This document shows positions 46,601 to 60,444 of a DNA stretch of 64,000 bases, one piece after another (position 1 is the first letter of the stretch; each line of letters begins with the position of its first letter). This DNA is from Eutreptiella sp. 'Long Island Sound 2002' (taxonomy: Eukaryota > Protista > Euglenida). The notes under the pieces were generated by a model. The model worked only from the letters and a program-made list of their open reading frames with translations. It had not been told where the DNA came from and did no database searches. The stretch covers positions 106,082,001 through 106,146,000 of the forward strand of contig OZ038378.1 in NCBI GenBank assembly GCA_964036045.1. The letters are read 5' to 3'. The translations under genes and the position numbers were made by a program.

Positions 46601-49600
46601 ACGTTCAATGAGGCCCTGGTGTGCTCATGCACAGATGCCACAAGTTTAATGAGGGCTTAATGTGCGGCTACACACGCCCAATGCGCTCATGCATAGGGGC
46701 CGGAAAGTTAGTGAGGGCGTGATGTGCTCATGCCCAAGAGGCAGAAGATTGTTAACGCCATACTGCATGCACACACGGGGACCAAAATTTCACCGAGGCC
46801 CAAGTGCGGTCATCCAAGGGGGCCAGTCTTTCAAGGAGGACCCAGGGCGGTCACGCCAAGGGGCCAGTGGTTCGATGAGGCCCCAGCGCACTCCCCCAGA
46901 GGGGCAACTAGTTGCACCCCCAGTGCGCACACATAGAGAGGTGAGAAGTTGAATGAAGCGCTAATCCACCCGGCCGAAGGGGCTTACCGTTTGATGAAGT
47001 CACAAGTTCAGTGAGGCCCCAATGCGCTCATGCACTGGGGCGAAATCCTCGCTGGGGCCCTACTACATGCACACAGATAAGCCAAAAGCTCAATGAGGCC
47101 CAAGTGCACTCGTCCGTCATGCATAGGGGCCGCAAGTTAATGATTCCCTATTGTGCTCACGCACAGGGGCCAAGAGGTCTATGAGGCCCCATTGCGCTCA
47201 TGCACAGCGGCTAGACATGCAATGAGGCCCCATGGCGGTGACGCAGAGGGGCCAAGAGTTTAATCAACCCCCACAGACGTTACGCACAGGGGCCAGGACG
47301 TCAATGAGGTCCTAGTGCGGTCACAGCCACGGGCCAGGATTTTCATGAGTCCCGAATGGTGTCACACGAAGAGGCCAGAGGTTCAATAAGGCCCTAGTGT
47401 GCTCACGCACAGGTGCCAAAAGTTTAATGAGGGCTTAATGTGCTCGATTACATGCCCAATGTGCTCATGCACAGGGGCCAGACATCTAGTTAGGGTGTGA
47501 TGTGCTCATGCATAGGAGCCAGAAGGATGTTAAGGCCATACTGCGCGCACACACGGGGCCCAAAAGTTCAACGAGGCCCAAGTGCGGTCATCCACCGGGG
47601 CCACACTTTCTATGAAGACCCAGGGCGGTCACGCCCAGGGGCCAATGGTCCGATGAGGCCCCAGTGCACTCCCGCAGACGGGCTACTAGTTCAGCCCGAG
47701 TGCGCTCATACAGAGAGGTGAAAAATTCAATGAAGCCGTAGTGCGTTCACGTGAAGGGGCTTAACGTTTAATGAAGCCAGAAGTTTAGTGAGGCCCCAAT
47801 GCGCTCATGCACTAGGTCCTAATGCTCGTTGGGGCCCTACTACGTGCACACAAAGGGGGCGTAAGCTCAATGAGGCCCAAGTGCACTCATCCGCAGGAGC
47901 GAGACGTTGAATGAGGACGCACTGCACTCACGCCTAGGGGCAGTAGTTCGAGGAGTGCAACCCGGTGGAGGGGCTAAGAGTTCAATGAGGCCCCGGTGCG
48001 CTCACGCACAACAGACCAAGAGTTCAACGGGGGCCCGGTGCGCCCACGCATAGAGCCCTCATTGAACCGGGGCCAAAAGTTCCATCAGGCACTAGTGCGC
48101 TCATGCATAGGAGCCACACGTTCACTGAGGCCCCTTTTGCGCTGCCAAACAGGGGCCCCAAGCTCGAGAAGGCGCTATCACGTACACGCACGGGGGCCAA
48201 AAATTGAACGAGGAGCAAATCAGCTCATCCATGGGGTTCAGACGTTCAATGAGGACCTAGTGAGGTCCAGCCCACGGGCCAATAATTCGATGAGGCCCTA
48301 GTGCACTCCCGCAAAGAGGCTACTAGTTGAATGAGCCCCCACTGCACTCATGCAGAGGAACAAGGAATTTCATGAGGCCCTCGCGCGCTCACGGGAAAGG
48401 GGTTGGCGTTTCATGAGCCCTTAGTGCACTGGTGCAGAGAGCTAGAAGTTCAGTCAGGCCCCAATGCGCTCAAGTAACGGGGCCGAACGGTCGATGAAGC
48501 CCTACTAGGCTCACACACCGGAGCCAAAAGCTCAATGAGGCCCAGCTGCACTCATCCGCATGCGCCGGATGTTCAATGAGGGCCTAGTGCGCCCACGCCT
48601 AGGGGCCAGTAGTTCGATGACGCGGTAGTGCACTAGCGCACAGGGGCTACCAATTCAATGAGGCCCCAGTGCACCCATGCACATGAGTCCAGGACTTCAG
48701 TTAGGCCCTAGTGCGCTCAACCATACAACCCTCAATGAAGAAGCGCCACAGGTTTAATGAGGCACTACTGCGCTCACACATAGGGGCCAGAAGCTCGATG
48801 ACGCCCCGGTGCGCGCACACACAGCGGCCAGAAGGTCAATGCATCTTCATTGCGCTCATGCACATGGGCCACAAGTTCAATGACGCCCGAGTGCGGTCAC
48901 GAACAAGAGCTAGGAATTTAATGAGGCCCCAGTGTGAATGCCTGAAAAGGTCAAAGGTTCAATGAGGCCCCAGTGCACTCAACCACGGGGGCCAAGATTT
49001 CATGCACTCCACACCACGCTCACGGCAACGGCCTAGTGGTTCAATGAGGCCGTAGTGCGCTCACGCATAGGGCCCTTGAGCTCAATGAGGCCCTAATGCC
49101 TGCACGCACAAGGGCCACAAGTGCAATCAGGCCCAACTGCTGTCACACACAGAGACCCGGACTTCAATTGCTGCCGGTACGCTTGGGCACAGGGGCCACG
49201 CACTGAATGAGGCCCCAATGCACTCCCACGAAGGGGCCAGAGATTCAATGAGGCCATAGTGCGTTCCTGCATAGGGGCCGCAAGTTCAATGATTCCCTAT
49301 TGTGCTCACGCACTAGGGCCAGGAGGTCTATGAGGCCCCATTTCGCTCGTGCACAGATGCTAGACATTCAATGAGGCCCCATTGCGGTCATGCAAACGGG
49401 GCAAGCGGTGAGTCATGCCCCACAGACGTCACGCATAGACGGCAAGACTTCAACGAGGCCCTAGTGCGGCCACGCCTACCGGCAGGATTTCTTTAACTCC
49501 CCAATGGTGTCACACAAAGAGGCCAGACGTTCAATGAGGCCCTGGTGTGCTCATGCACAGATGCCACAAGTTTAATGAGGGCTTAATGTGCGGCTACACA

Positions 49601-51545
49601 CGCCCAATGCGCTCATGCATAGGGGCCGGAAGGTTAGTGAGGGCGTGATGTGCTCATGCCCAAGAGGCAGAAGATTGTTAACGCCATACTGCATGCACAC
49701 ACGGGGACCAAAATTTCACCGAGGCCCAAGTGCGGTCATCCAAGGGGGCCAGTCTTTCAAGGAGGACCCAGGGCGGTCACGCCAAGGGGCCAGTGGTTCG
49801 ATGAGGCCCCAGCGCACTCCCCCAGAGGGGCAACTAGTTGCACCCCCAGTGCGCACACATAGAGAGGGGAGAAGTTGAATGAAGGGCTAATCCACCCAGC
49901 CGAAGGGGCTTACCGTTTGATGAAGTCACAAGTTCAGTGAGGCCCCAATGCGCTCATGCACTGGGGCCAAATCCTCGCTGGGGCCCTACTACATGCACAC
50001 AGATAGGCCAAAAGCTCAATGAGGCCCAAGTGCACTCATTTGCAGGGGCGAGACGTTCAATGAGGACCTAGTGCGCTCACGACTAGGGGCAGTAGTTCAA
50101 GGAGACGCTAGTGCACCCCGGCAGAGGGGCTACAAATTCAATATAGCCCCAGTGTGCTCACGCACAATAGACCAAGAGTTCAACGCGGCCCCGGTGCGCT
50201 CACGCATAGGGCCCTCATTGAACAGGGGCTAGAAGTTCCATGAGGCACTGTGCGCTCATGCATAGAGGCCACACGCTCAATGAGGCCCTAGGGGCGCCAG
50301 GGGCCACAAACTCGATCAGGCCCTGTTGCGCGCAAGCAGGAGGGCCAAAAGTTGAAAGAGGTCAGCCCACCCACGGCGGTCAGACGTTCAATCAGGACGT
50401 AGTGCGCTGTAGCCCACGGGCCAATAGTTCCATGAGGGCCCACTGCACTTTCGCAGAGGGGCTACTAGTTCAACGAGCCCCCAGTGCGCGCATGCAAAGC
50501 AGCGAGGAATTTAATGAGGCTTCAGTGCGCTGCTGCAGAGCGCCAGAAGTTCAGTGACGCCCCAATGCGCCCATGCAACGGGCCAAACGGTCGATTAGGC
50601 CCTACCACTTTCACACGTAGGAGCCAAAAGCTCAATGAGGCCCAAGTGCACTCCTCCGTAGGGGCAGGATGTTCAATGAAGTGCTAGTGCGCCCAGGCCT
50701 AGGGGCCATTAGTTCGACGAGGCGGTAGTGCACTCCCGCACAGGGGCTACGAATTCAATGAGGCCCCCATGCGCTCATGCACAAGAGTCCAGGCCTTCAG
50801 TTGGGCCCTAGTGCGCTCAAGCATACGGCCCCCAATGAATCGGCGCCACAAGTTAAATGAGGCACTAGTGCGCTCACGCACAGGGGCCAGAAGTTCAATG
50901 CATCTGCATTGCGCTCATGCACATGGGCCAAAATTGCAATGACGCCCCCGTGCGGTCACGCACAAGAGCCAGGAATTCAACGAGGCCCCGGTGTGAATAC
51001 CCGAAAAGGTCAAAGGTTCAATGAGGCCCCAGTGTGCCCACCCACAAGGGGCAAGATATCAATGACCCGCCACCATGCTCACGCTAACGGGCTAGTGGTT
51101 CAATGAGGCCCCAGTGCGCTCACACATAGGGGCCCTGAGCTGGATGAGGCCCTAACGCCTGCACGCACAAGTGCTAAAAATGCAATGAGGCCGAAGTGAG
51201 CTCACACACAGTGACCTCGACTTCAATGGGGCCTTAATACGCTTAGACACAGGGGCCACGCACCTAATGAGGCCCCGATGCACTCCCACGACGGGGCCGG
51301 AGATTCAATGAGGCCGTAGTGCGGTCATGCATAGCGGTCGCAAGTTCGATGATGCCCTGTTGTGCTGACGCATAGGGGCTAGGAGGTCTATGAGGCCCCA
51401 TTGCCATCATGCACAGCAGTTAGACGTTCAATGAGGCACACATTGCGGTCACCCAAACGGGGCAAGAGTTGAGTCAGGCCCCACAGCCGTCACGCACAGA
51501 GGGCAGGTCTTCAATGAGGCCCTAGGGCGGTCACGGCTACGAATT
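37660..51545 (+). repeat. Satellite II, ~41-bp diverged monomers with higher-order structure
   Basis: Consensus about GTTCAATGAGGCCCCAGTGCGCTCATGCACAGGGGCCAGAA; period 41 measured (38111, 38152, 38193). Internal dyad GGCCCC-GTGC...GCAC-GGGGCC. Confidence 0.95.
44193..50040 (+). repeat. Recent ~2.92-kb tandem duplication inside satellite II
   Basis: Near-identical blocks 44193-47116 and 47117-50040. Paired ORFs are offset by 2923-2926 bp (44574/47497, 45786/48711, 46662/49588). Confidence 0.9.
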
Positions 51546-54500
51546 CGGGGGTTGTTAATATCGCTGGAACCCCGACTTTCACATGTTACATGGGTGCATT
51601 GTGATGCCACACTGTGCCTTCCATGTCTCGTTTGCTCGGTATTGCCCGTTTTGCACTTTTTGCGATTTGGTCTTTTTGTGCTCTAAGTAGTTAGAACGGG
51701 ATCAAAGCACTTGTTATCCCGGGGGTTATCGATAAACTAGTTATCGCACGAGTCATCGCGCTAGTTTTCAGGCGAAAACTAGTTATCGTGCGAGTTATCC
51801 CGGACGTTATCACGCTTTGTTTGCTCTTGTTCCATGTGTCCTCTCTTCGTCTTAGATCTTAAAATATTTACTATGGCCCTTGCTGCTGCCCACGCTAGGT
51901 GCGGGCACCATCATAAGGTCCTCGGGAATCGTCGTCTTGGCGGGTTGGAGGGGTGAGACCCCGTGTAGCCCATCTGCCCTACCCTGGCCCACTCCCCCGA
52001 CCTGTACCTTCGTGCACCCACCCACACCTCCGAGCAGACCCTCCCCTGCTCCCAATCCCTCAACCACCTCAGGATGGCCCGCCACAAGGGCGGTTCGGCG
52101 GCGACGAGGCGGTGGAGGTGCCCGACTGGCACCTCACAGGACGCATCGCGGTCACGCCAGGACATCCGCACGGGCCGTGTGTCCGTGGTGTTGATGACAA
52201 CATTCGTCACCTGCAAAGACACGGACAGGACAACACTTTAATTATACGACGACTTTTTTAATTTTTGGAAGTTAATATTCACTCTTCACCGTTAATTTTT
52301 GCAACGGCATCGAAAAATTGCACGTTAACGTACAAAAGTTAACCCAAAATGTCGAAATCTTAAACCGCAAGCAAGCACACATACCTCAAAACCAGTCCGC
52401 GCTCTTTGCGCTTGGACAGCTACCACCGCCGTCCGAAAGTTTTCGGAGGCGGTTGGGGCCTCCACGGGGTCCGCCGTAAAGTTGGCGGGCGCGGCAGGCG
52501 CGGCTGCGGCAGAGACGGCCGACTTGGCGAACGCGGTGGCGGTGTTCCGTGTGCCGCCCCCCCGACCCCTCGTACTGGTGCTGCGCGGCGGGGTGGTAGA
52601 CGGGGTGCGGGGAGGCTAGCACTGCAGTCCGCTGGACCGCAAAGTGGACCCCCTTCCCTTGCCGACACTGGCGGCACCATAGCAGCGTGAGTCAATGCTG
52701 AAGGGCCACATCAAAATGTGCGGTCCTGAGCCGCACACCTCGCGGGTGGCCGCACAAGTTGAATTAGCTCAATGACTTGCCGCTAATGCCCTCCGGCGCC
52801 GGGTTGAGGGGCTTCCCGGGGAGAGGGCGCCAGGTACTAGCGCCCCCTCGCTTGCTGTCCCGCTGCCACGTGCCTTCCTTTTCGCCATGCCGGCGAATTC
52901 GGCACCGCACCAGCTGGCGAAAGACCCACTCAAGGGTCATAGGCGCCTGCGCCGTGCCCGCAAACAAGGGTTGATCCCTTGCAAAGCCCTTTTCGAGGGC
53001 CCGTGCCGACCACGGCACCATTGCGGCCTTGCAGGTGGCCGCGGAAGTGAGCCCCAGTGCTTTTAGGAACCACCGGGGGAGGGTTACCTCGGTGGGGGGG
53101 TTGGGGGGGGTGGCCTCCACTACATCTCCCTCCTCCCCCTCCAACATCCCGTCCCCCCCCTCTTCCACTACCACCTTCCCACTCTCCTCTGCCTTGACCC
53201 CCCCCTCCGCCGGTGTGGTGGTCGCCCACCTGGCTCTCTCTCCTTCTCTTCCTCTCCTTCTTCTTCTCCTTCTTCCTCTCCTTGCGCCCCCGTAGGCGGT
53301 GAGAGGAGTCGTCGCTGGACTCCTCTCTGCCTTGACTCGGCGGGGGAGCTCTCGTTGGTGGTGGTGGTGGTGGTGGTGGAGCTGGAGCTGCTGCAGCTGC
53401 TAGAGCCGCTGTAGGTTGCAGGTGTTGCCCCATATGGGACAACCGGGGACAAAAAACAAAAAAACCAATTTTTCGCATTCACGAATAATATTTGCTAGGT
53501 TAATATTTAACCACTTAATATTAGCTAATCTATTAAATATTAAAAGCCGCTGCCGTTAATGTTAACCTACAAATATTAATCGAATTTGCCCAAAAATTAA
53601 CGAACACAAAAAGCAAACAACAAGCAAAACAAGCATACCAGGCGGTCCGCTTGGGCTTTAATCATCTCGCCCAATCTCGGCCTTCAGGCTGTCTTGGGCC
53701 ACGGATAGGTGAAACAACAGCTAGGGGTGGGGACAAGAAGGAAGAGGGCGGGGTACTTTTGGTGGCCATGAGTTTTGCCATAGTGCACGGGGCCGTATGT
53801 GGTGCCTCATGGTGTTGTAACGGAAGGTCAAATTTCGAGAACCAACACTCCCACGCTTGCCACACCACCTCCGCCTCCCGCTCCAATGCCGTAGCCTCCA
53901 GCATCCCGCCCCCGCGGGACGTGTGGTCGTTGTAGGCCCGCTTGAGGATGGCGTTGAGGATCTCAACGACATGGGCACTCACCGCGCCCAACCCCACTCC
54001 AAGCCGTGCCATGTTAGCCACCACCAATGTCGCATCCTTCTCCAAGTAGAAGAGGTAGTTCGATTGGCAGCTGGCCTTGCAACAACGCAGGCGGTATGCC
54101 TCCGCGACCTCCTCGGCCCGTAGGTCGGCGCGATGGGGTACCTGAGTACAATTCCCCGAGGAGGTCCCGCATGGCAACCGCCGCTTGCCACTCATCGTCC
54201 TCCGGAGCGTAGCCCAATAGTGGCCCGAGTTCTTTCCATGTGGTGAACAACGCGCGTGCCTCCTCTCCGTCGGGCAAAGCTGAGGCCCCTAACTGGACGC
54301 CTGTGCGAGCCCGGTAGAGCATGCGTTCCACGGCCACGGCGTTGTCCTGGGGAAGGTCCCCTAGGCGAGCCTCAATGAAGGCCACTTAGAGGCGGCCCAT
54401 GGCCATGCAACAATGGAGGATGCCTAGGAAGACCAAGCGCCGTTCCGCAACAACGTGCGGGTCTCCTACGCACCCCCCAATCTCCAAGCTCAGCCCCATC

Positions 54501-55877
54501 TCCCTATAGCGGCGACGGGCCAGCGCCCCCCCCTCCAACGTGTGTAGGACCTCCGCCTTCACCCACGCCGCCGCACCCTTGTCCCACGCACCCATACTGT
54601 AAATTGAGCCCACCATGGGCGATATGAAGATGCCAATGAGGCGCCTCACGAAGGGTTGGTCACCCCTGATGACCAACGCAGCGGGCACCCACTTCGTGCC
54701 CTAGTAGAACTTCTTGCACTCGTGGACGGAATGCAACAGCTACGAACAAATGGGGTTTGATTTTTGAATTAACCGTTTGAGGTCAATATTAGATTCATTT
54801 TTCAGGCCTTCTTAATTCTTGCGAAATAATAAATATTAACCACGAGAAATTACCACACGAATGAAAGTGGTGCAAAGCCACCGTATACTTGCAGGTTCTT
54901 GGACCATATTGTCGCTAGAGCGGCCATGCCTTTATCCCCGCATACGACCATACCAATCACCCATACGTAGGCGGGTGTTCGACCCCGTGCACCGTGATTG
55001 AGGAGCCCAATGGAAAGTTGGGTCCACCTTCCACCGGCGCACGGGTAGTCATCCCCACGGAGAAGGAAAGCCAGCGGCCACTACCAATCAATGGTGTCTT
55101 CAAGGGGTGGACGTGCTTGGATGTAGCGGCCCCACAATTATAACGGCCAAGAGCGGTTGCTTGTGGGGGGATGTGCGAGGGACACGGGTGGATCTGGCGC
55201 AAGCGGCTTGACCAACTCCTTCCATGTCTCCATGAAGCGGTCACGTGAAGGAACGGGGCGGGGGAATGGGAGGTCCATTGCCGCGGTGTACGTGGCCCCC
55301 CGGCATATCATGAACTCTGACACATGCCGGAAGCCGCCCTTGGGGATATTCAAGTCCATAAGTAACCTGATCAATTCGGGTGCGGGGTGCGGGGCCTCTA
55401 TTTGATTTTTGCGGATGACGGGGAGTTGGACCACCTGTGTTGCCTTGTACCACCCGGCATTGGCCAAAGGGGATGAGGCCACCCACTAACCGAGGAGTTG
55501 GGAGTGTCCTTCAAACTCTTGGCCCCACTCAAACGAGCGAGCGCCATACTAAGCTCGAGAAGGGTGTCACGAGAGAATGACATAACAAGGGCTACACAAG
55601 GGAAAAAGGAGGTTGGGACTAGGGTGTGTGTGGGAACCACAGAGAGATGTGTGGGGCTACATAACCACCTATAGGACTATGCAACCCCTGTAGCAACCCG
55701 TTGGGCACCCTTTGACCACCCAACCAATTCAAATGGGCATGGTACATGCACAAGCAAAGCGGGGCAAATGTCCCAAAATTGGGTTAACATCCGAATATTT
55801 GATAGGTTAGTTTTAAACCCTTTCATACATTGAAAATTCAAATTAACCATCTCGGTTTTAAAATAGGTCTTTAGGGT
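51545..55877 (-). mobile_element. 4.3-kb non-satellite insertion carrying a RAG1-like transposase gene
   Basis: Satellite II stops abruptly at about 51545 and resumes at about 55878. I found no clear TIR or TSD. Confidence 0.65.
51911..55583 (-). pseudogene. Intron-containing RAG1/Transib-like transposase with long low-complexity C-terminal region
   Basis: FLLRGDDYPCAGG (D1), VIRGDQPFVRRLIG (D2), ILHCCMAMGRL, SNYLFYLEK...GLGAVSAHVVEILNAILK (E). AT-rich GT-AG introns at 54740-54888, 53409-53638 and 52211-52384; the first restores frame exactly. In-frame stops and frameshifts are present. Confidence 0.7.
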
Positions 55878-58800
55878 GAATGTGGACCCCGTGAGCTGAC
55901 GCAAAGGGGCCAATGGTTCAATGTGGCCCTAGTGCGCTCATCCATCGCGCCCAGAATTCGAGTGAGCCCCTAGTGGGCTCATGTACAATGGGGAGAAATA
56001 CCATGAGAACCAAGCGCGCTCACACACATAGCCCACAAGTTCAATGAGGCCCCGTTGCGGCCAGGAGCACAGGGCCAAGAGTTTAAAAAGGACCTTCTGT
56101 GCGCACGCACGGGCGCCAAAATTTCAACGAGGCCCAAGCGCGCTCATCTCTAGGCTGCAAACGTTCAATGAGGCCCCAGTGCACTCATGCACATCAACTA
56201 GACGTTTAATCAGGCCCCAACGCGCTCACGCGTAGGGGCTAGAAGGTCGATGAGGCCCCGGCTAGCCCATGCATAGTTGCCAGCAGTTCCCACTAGCCGT
56301 AGTGCCCTGACGCGCAGGGGCCAAAAATCTAATGATGTCCCCGTGTGCTCACGCAAAGGGGCCTGTGGTTTATTCATGCCCTAATGCGCTCATTTATAGA
56401 GGCCAAAAGTTGAATGGGCCCCTAGTGCACTGGGGCCAAAAGTCCACTCACACCCTAGCGCGCTAACGCACATAAGCCACAAGTTCAATGAGGCCCTGAT
56501 GTGCTCGCACATGAGGGCCACAAGTCTGACCAGGCATCAGTGCACTCACGCACAGGGGCCAAGAGTCTAATGAGGCCCTATTGCGTGCACGCACCCACGG
56601 GGGCCGGGAGTTCAATGAGGACCTAGTGCGGTCACGCCCAGGGGCGCTCTATTTCGATGAGGCCGCTATGCGCAGCCGCACAGGGGCTATCGGTTCAATG
56701 AACCTTCAGTTGGCTCATGACTAGCAGGTAAGAATTCAATGACGCCCCAGCGCGCTCACGGGAAGGGGCTTGACGTATATTGAGGCCCTAGCGCGCTGAT
56801 GCATAGGGGCCAGAAGTTCAGTGGGGCCCCAATGCGCTCATGCACAAGGGCCAACACCTCGATGAGGCCCTACTGCGCACACACAGGCTCCAAAAGGTGA
56901 ATGAGGCCCAAGTGTACTCATCCGTAGGGGCCGGCCGTTCATTCAGGACCGAGTACGCTCACGCCTTGTTGGCCAATAGTTCGATGAGCCGCTAGTGCAC
57001 TCCCGCAGAGGGGCTACCGGTTCAATGAGACTGGACTGCGCTCACATATAGGGCCCTCATTGAACAAGGGCCGCAAGTGCAAAGGGGCCCCAATACGGTC
57101 ATAGACAGGGGCTAGAGGCTTCAATGCGGCACTTATGCACAGGGACCTTAAGTTAATGAATCTCAATCGCGCTCATGGACAGGGGCTAGAAGTTCAACTA
57201 TGCCCGAGTGCGCTCACGTACGGGAGGACGGAATGTCATCAGGTCCCAGTGTCCTCGTGCCTAAAGGTGAGAGCTTCAATAATGCGCCTATTTGGTGAAA
57301 CTCAACGGTCAAGAGTTGAATGAGGCCCTACTTCTCTCACACATAGCAAGCGAGGAGCTCAATGCAGCCCCTTTGCGGTCTCACACAGGGGCCCGCATTT
57401 CCACGAGTCCCCACCATGCTGACGTGCAGGGGCCACGAAGAAGGTCAATGAGGCCCCAGTGCGCTCAAGAACAGGGGCCAAGATTCCAATGACTCCCCAC
57501 CAGGCGCACGCGGAGGCGTTAGGAGTTCAACGAGGCCCGCGTAAGCTCACGCACAGACACCATTACTTCAATCAGGGCCCAATGCGCGAAGGCACAAGGG
57601 CCACAAGCCTAATGACGCCACACTCCACTCAAACCAAGGGCCCAGAGATGCAATGAGGCCCCAATGCGGTCATGCATAGGGGCTGCAAATTCAATGATCC
57701 CCTATTGTGCTCACGCACAGGGGCCAAAAGGTCTATTAGGCCCCAATGCGCTCATGCAGAGCAGCTAGACGTTCAATCAGGCCCCAATGCAGTCAAGGAA
57801 TAGATGACCGAGGAGGGCAGCACCCTCATGCACAGGGGCGAGCGGTTCACCGTCGCCGCAGCGGCCAATGACTCAATGGGGACCCCATGCGCTCACGAAA
57901 AGCGGCTAATGGTTAAATGAGGACCTAGTGCGCTCATCCATACGGCCGACAATTTTTTGAATGAGCCCCTAGTGCGCTCATGCACAGTGGCGAGAAGTTC
58001 CCTGAGAACCCAGCGCGCTCACACACATAGGTGACACATTCAATAAGACCCCGGTGCGCTCACGCTTGAGGGCCACAAGTTCAATGAGGCCCGATTGAGG
58101 TCACACATAGGGGCCAAGAGTTTAGTGAGGACCCACGGCCGTCACAAAAGGGGGCGCATCGTTTAATTAGGGTCCTACTGCACGCACGCACGGGGCCAAA
58201 GGTTCAACGAGGCCCAACTGCGCTCATCCCTAGGGTCCAAACGTTCAATGAGGCCCCACTGCGCTCATGCACAGCAAGTAGACGTTTAATGAGGCCCCAA
58301 TGCGCTCACGCATATGGGCTTGAACCTGGATGACGCCCGGGTGTGCTCATGCAGAGGGGCCGGCAGTTCTCGATGGGCGCAATGCACTCACACAAGGGGG
58401 GCCAAGAGGCCCCCGTGCACTCACGGAAAGGGGCTTTTGGTTTAATGACGCCCCAGTGCGCTCATTCATAGGGGCCAAAAGTTTAATTAGCCCCTATAGC
58501 GCTCAGACACATGGGCTAAGAGGCCACTGAGACCCTAGCGTGCTCACCTACATAAGCCACAAGTTCAATGAGGCCCTGATGCCCTAACACGCGGGGGCCA
58601 AAAGTTCGATGAAACCCCATGGCGCTCACGCACATAGGCCAAGCTTTTAATGCGGCTCCACGGCAGTCACGCACGGGGGTCAGAGTTCAATTAGAACCTA
58701 GTGCGGTCCCGCCCAGGGGCCAATGGTTTGATAAGGCCCCTGTGCACTCCTGCGGAGCGGCCACCGATTTCCTGAGCCCGCCGTGCACTCATGAACAGGG

Positions 58801-59975
58801 GCGAGGATTTCAATGACGCCCTAGTGGGCTCATGCGAAGGGGCTTGACGTATAATGAGGTCCTATTGCGGTGCTGCACAGCTGCCAAAAGTTTAGTGAGG
58901 GTCCGATGCGTTCATGCATAGAGGCCAAAAGGTCCATGAGGCCGTATTGCGCACGCACTTAGGCCAAAATTTCAATGAGGCCCAAGGGCACTCATGCGCA
59001 GGGGCTAGGCGCGCAATGAGGACCCAATGTGCTCACGCCCAGGGGCCACCAGTTCGACGAGGCGCTAGTGCACTCCCGCAGCTGGGCTACCACTTCAATG
59101 AGGCTCCAGTGCGCTCATGCATAGCCGCCATGAATGCAATGAGGCCCCAATCCGCTCACGCGTCGTGGCCAAAACCTCTACGATGCCCCACATGTCTCGC
59201 GCGGCGGCCAAGAGACCAACGAGACTCTAGTGCGCACAGGCATTGGCTTCAAGATTTCAATGAGTCTCCACCGTGTTCACGCGAAGGGTCCCATGAGTCA
59301 ATGAGGCCCCAGTGCACTCACGTACAGGGGCCACAAGGTTGATGATGCCCTACTGCGCACACACACAGTCCCCAAAATTTCAATGACGCCCTAGTGTGCT
59401 CATGCACATGCGCCCGAACTTCAATGAGGCCGAAGTGCGCTCACGCATGGAGGCTAGGCTTTCAATGAGGCCCCAATGTGTTCAGGCACCTACGGCTGGA
59501 GCTTAACGAGGCCCTTGTGTGCTCACCCGAAGGGGCCAAAGGTCCAATCAGGCCCAGGTTCGCTCATGCATACGTGCCACGTGTTCAGTGAGTCTCCAAT
59601 GCCGTCACGCCCAGGCGCCACAAGCTCAATGAGGCTCTAGTGCGCTCACGCAATGGGGCCAGAAGTTCCAAGAGGCCCTGGTGCGCTCATGTAGAGGCCT
59701 CCGCCTTTCAACGACGCCCAAGGGGCCATAAGTTCAGTCAGGCCCCAATGCGATCTTGCGCGGGAAAGTTCCATAAAGCCCTACTACGTGCATGCACAAG
59801 GGCTACAAGTTCAATGAGGCCCTGGTGCCCTCATGCACAGACACAAGAAGTTCCATAAGCGCTCGCTAATGGGGGCCACCACTTCAATGAGGCCCCAATG
59901 CACTCGCGCACAAGGACCACGAGTTCAATGAGCTCCCGGTGCGCTCACCCACAGGGTCCCCAGTGCGCCAGCTAT
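55878..59975 (+). repeat. Satellite II, continuation
   Basis: Same 41-bp consensus and orientation as 37660-51545. Confidence 0.95.
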
Positions 59976-60444
59976 GTGTATAGCGACCTAGTCGGCTATC
60001 AGACATCGGAAATCAGACTTTTATGGACCATCACCCCCAACTCCCCCCCCCCACCCCAACACCCTTTCTACCCCCCCCCCCCCGTCAGACTTCGCCCCCC
60101 CCGTGTCCCCCCCAATATCAGACTTGTTTCATTGTCACCACACCCTTGAGTTGTAGAAGTGGGTTGTGGTCTCGACCCTAGCGTCCGAAACCCAACCAGT
60201 GCTTGCAACCCCTTCAATGATGCAACGTCCCCCCCCCCCCCCACCCCACCCCACCCCACCCCATCACTCTGACTCAAACCGATCGGGGGGCTCATATGTG
60301 ACTGAAGACAAGTGGGAACAGAATCCTGATGTCTGGCCCAAGCAACCTCACTTGAGCTAATCGGGTCACTTTTGCTGGTGGGGTGGGTGGGTGGGGGTTC
60401 ATCGGGTTGGGCCGGAACTGTGGAGAGGGGGGGTAGTGGGTTTC

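Noticed and set aside
37660-59975. Numerous 60-140 aa ORFs in satellite II
   Set aside because: They are by-products of a 41-bp GC-rich repeat, with no domain motifs and no consistent frame.
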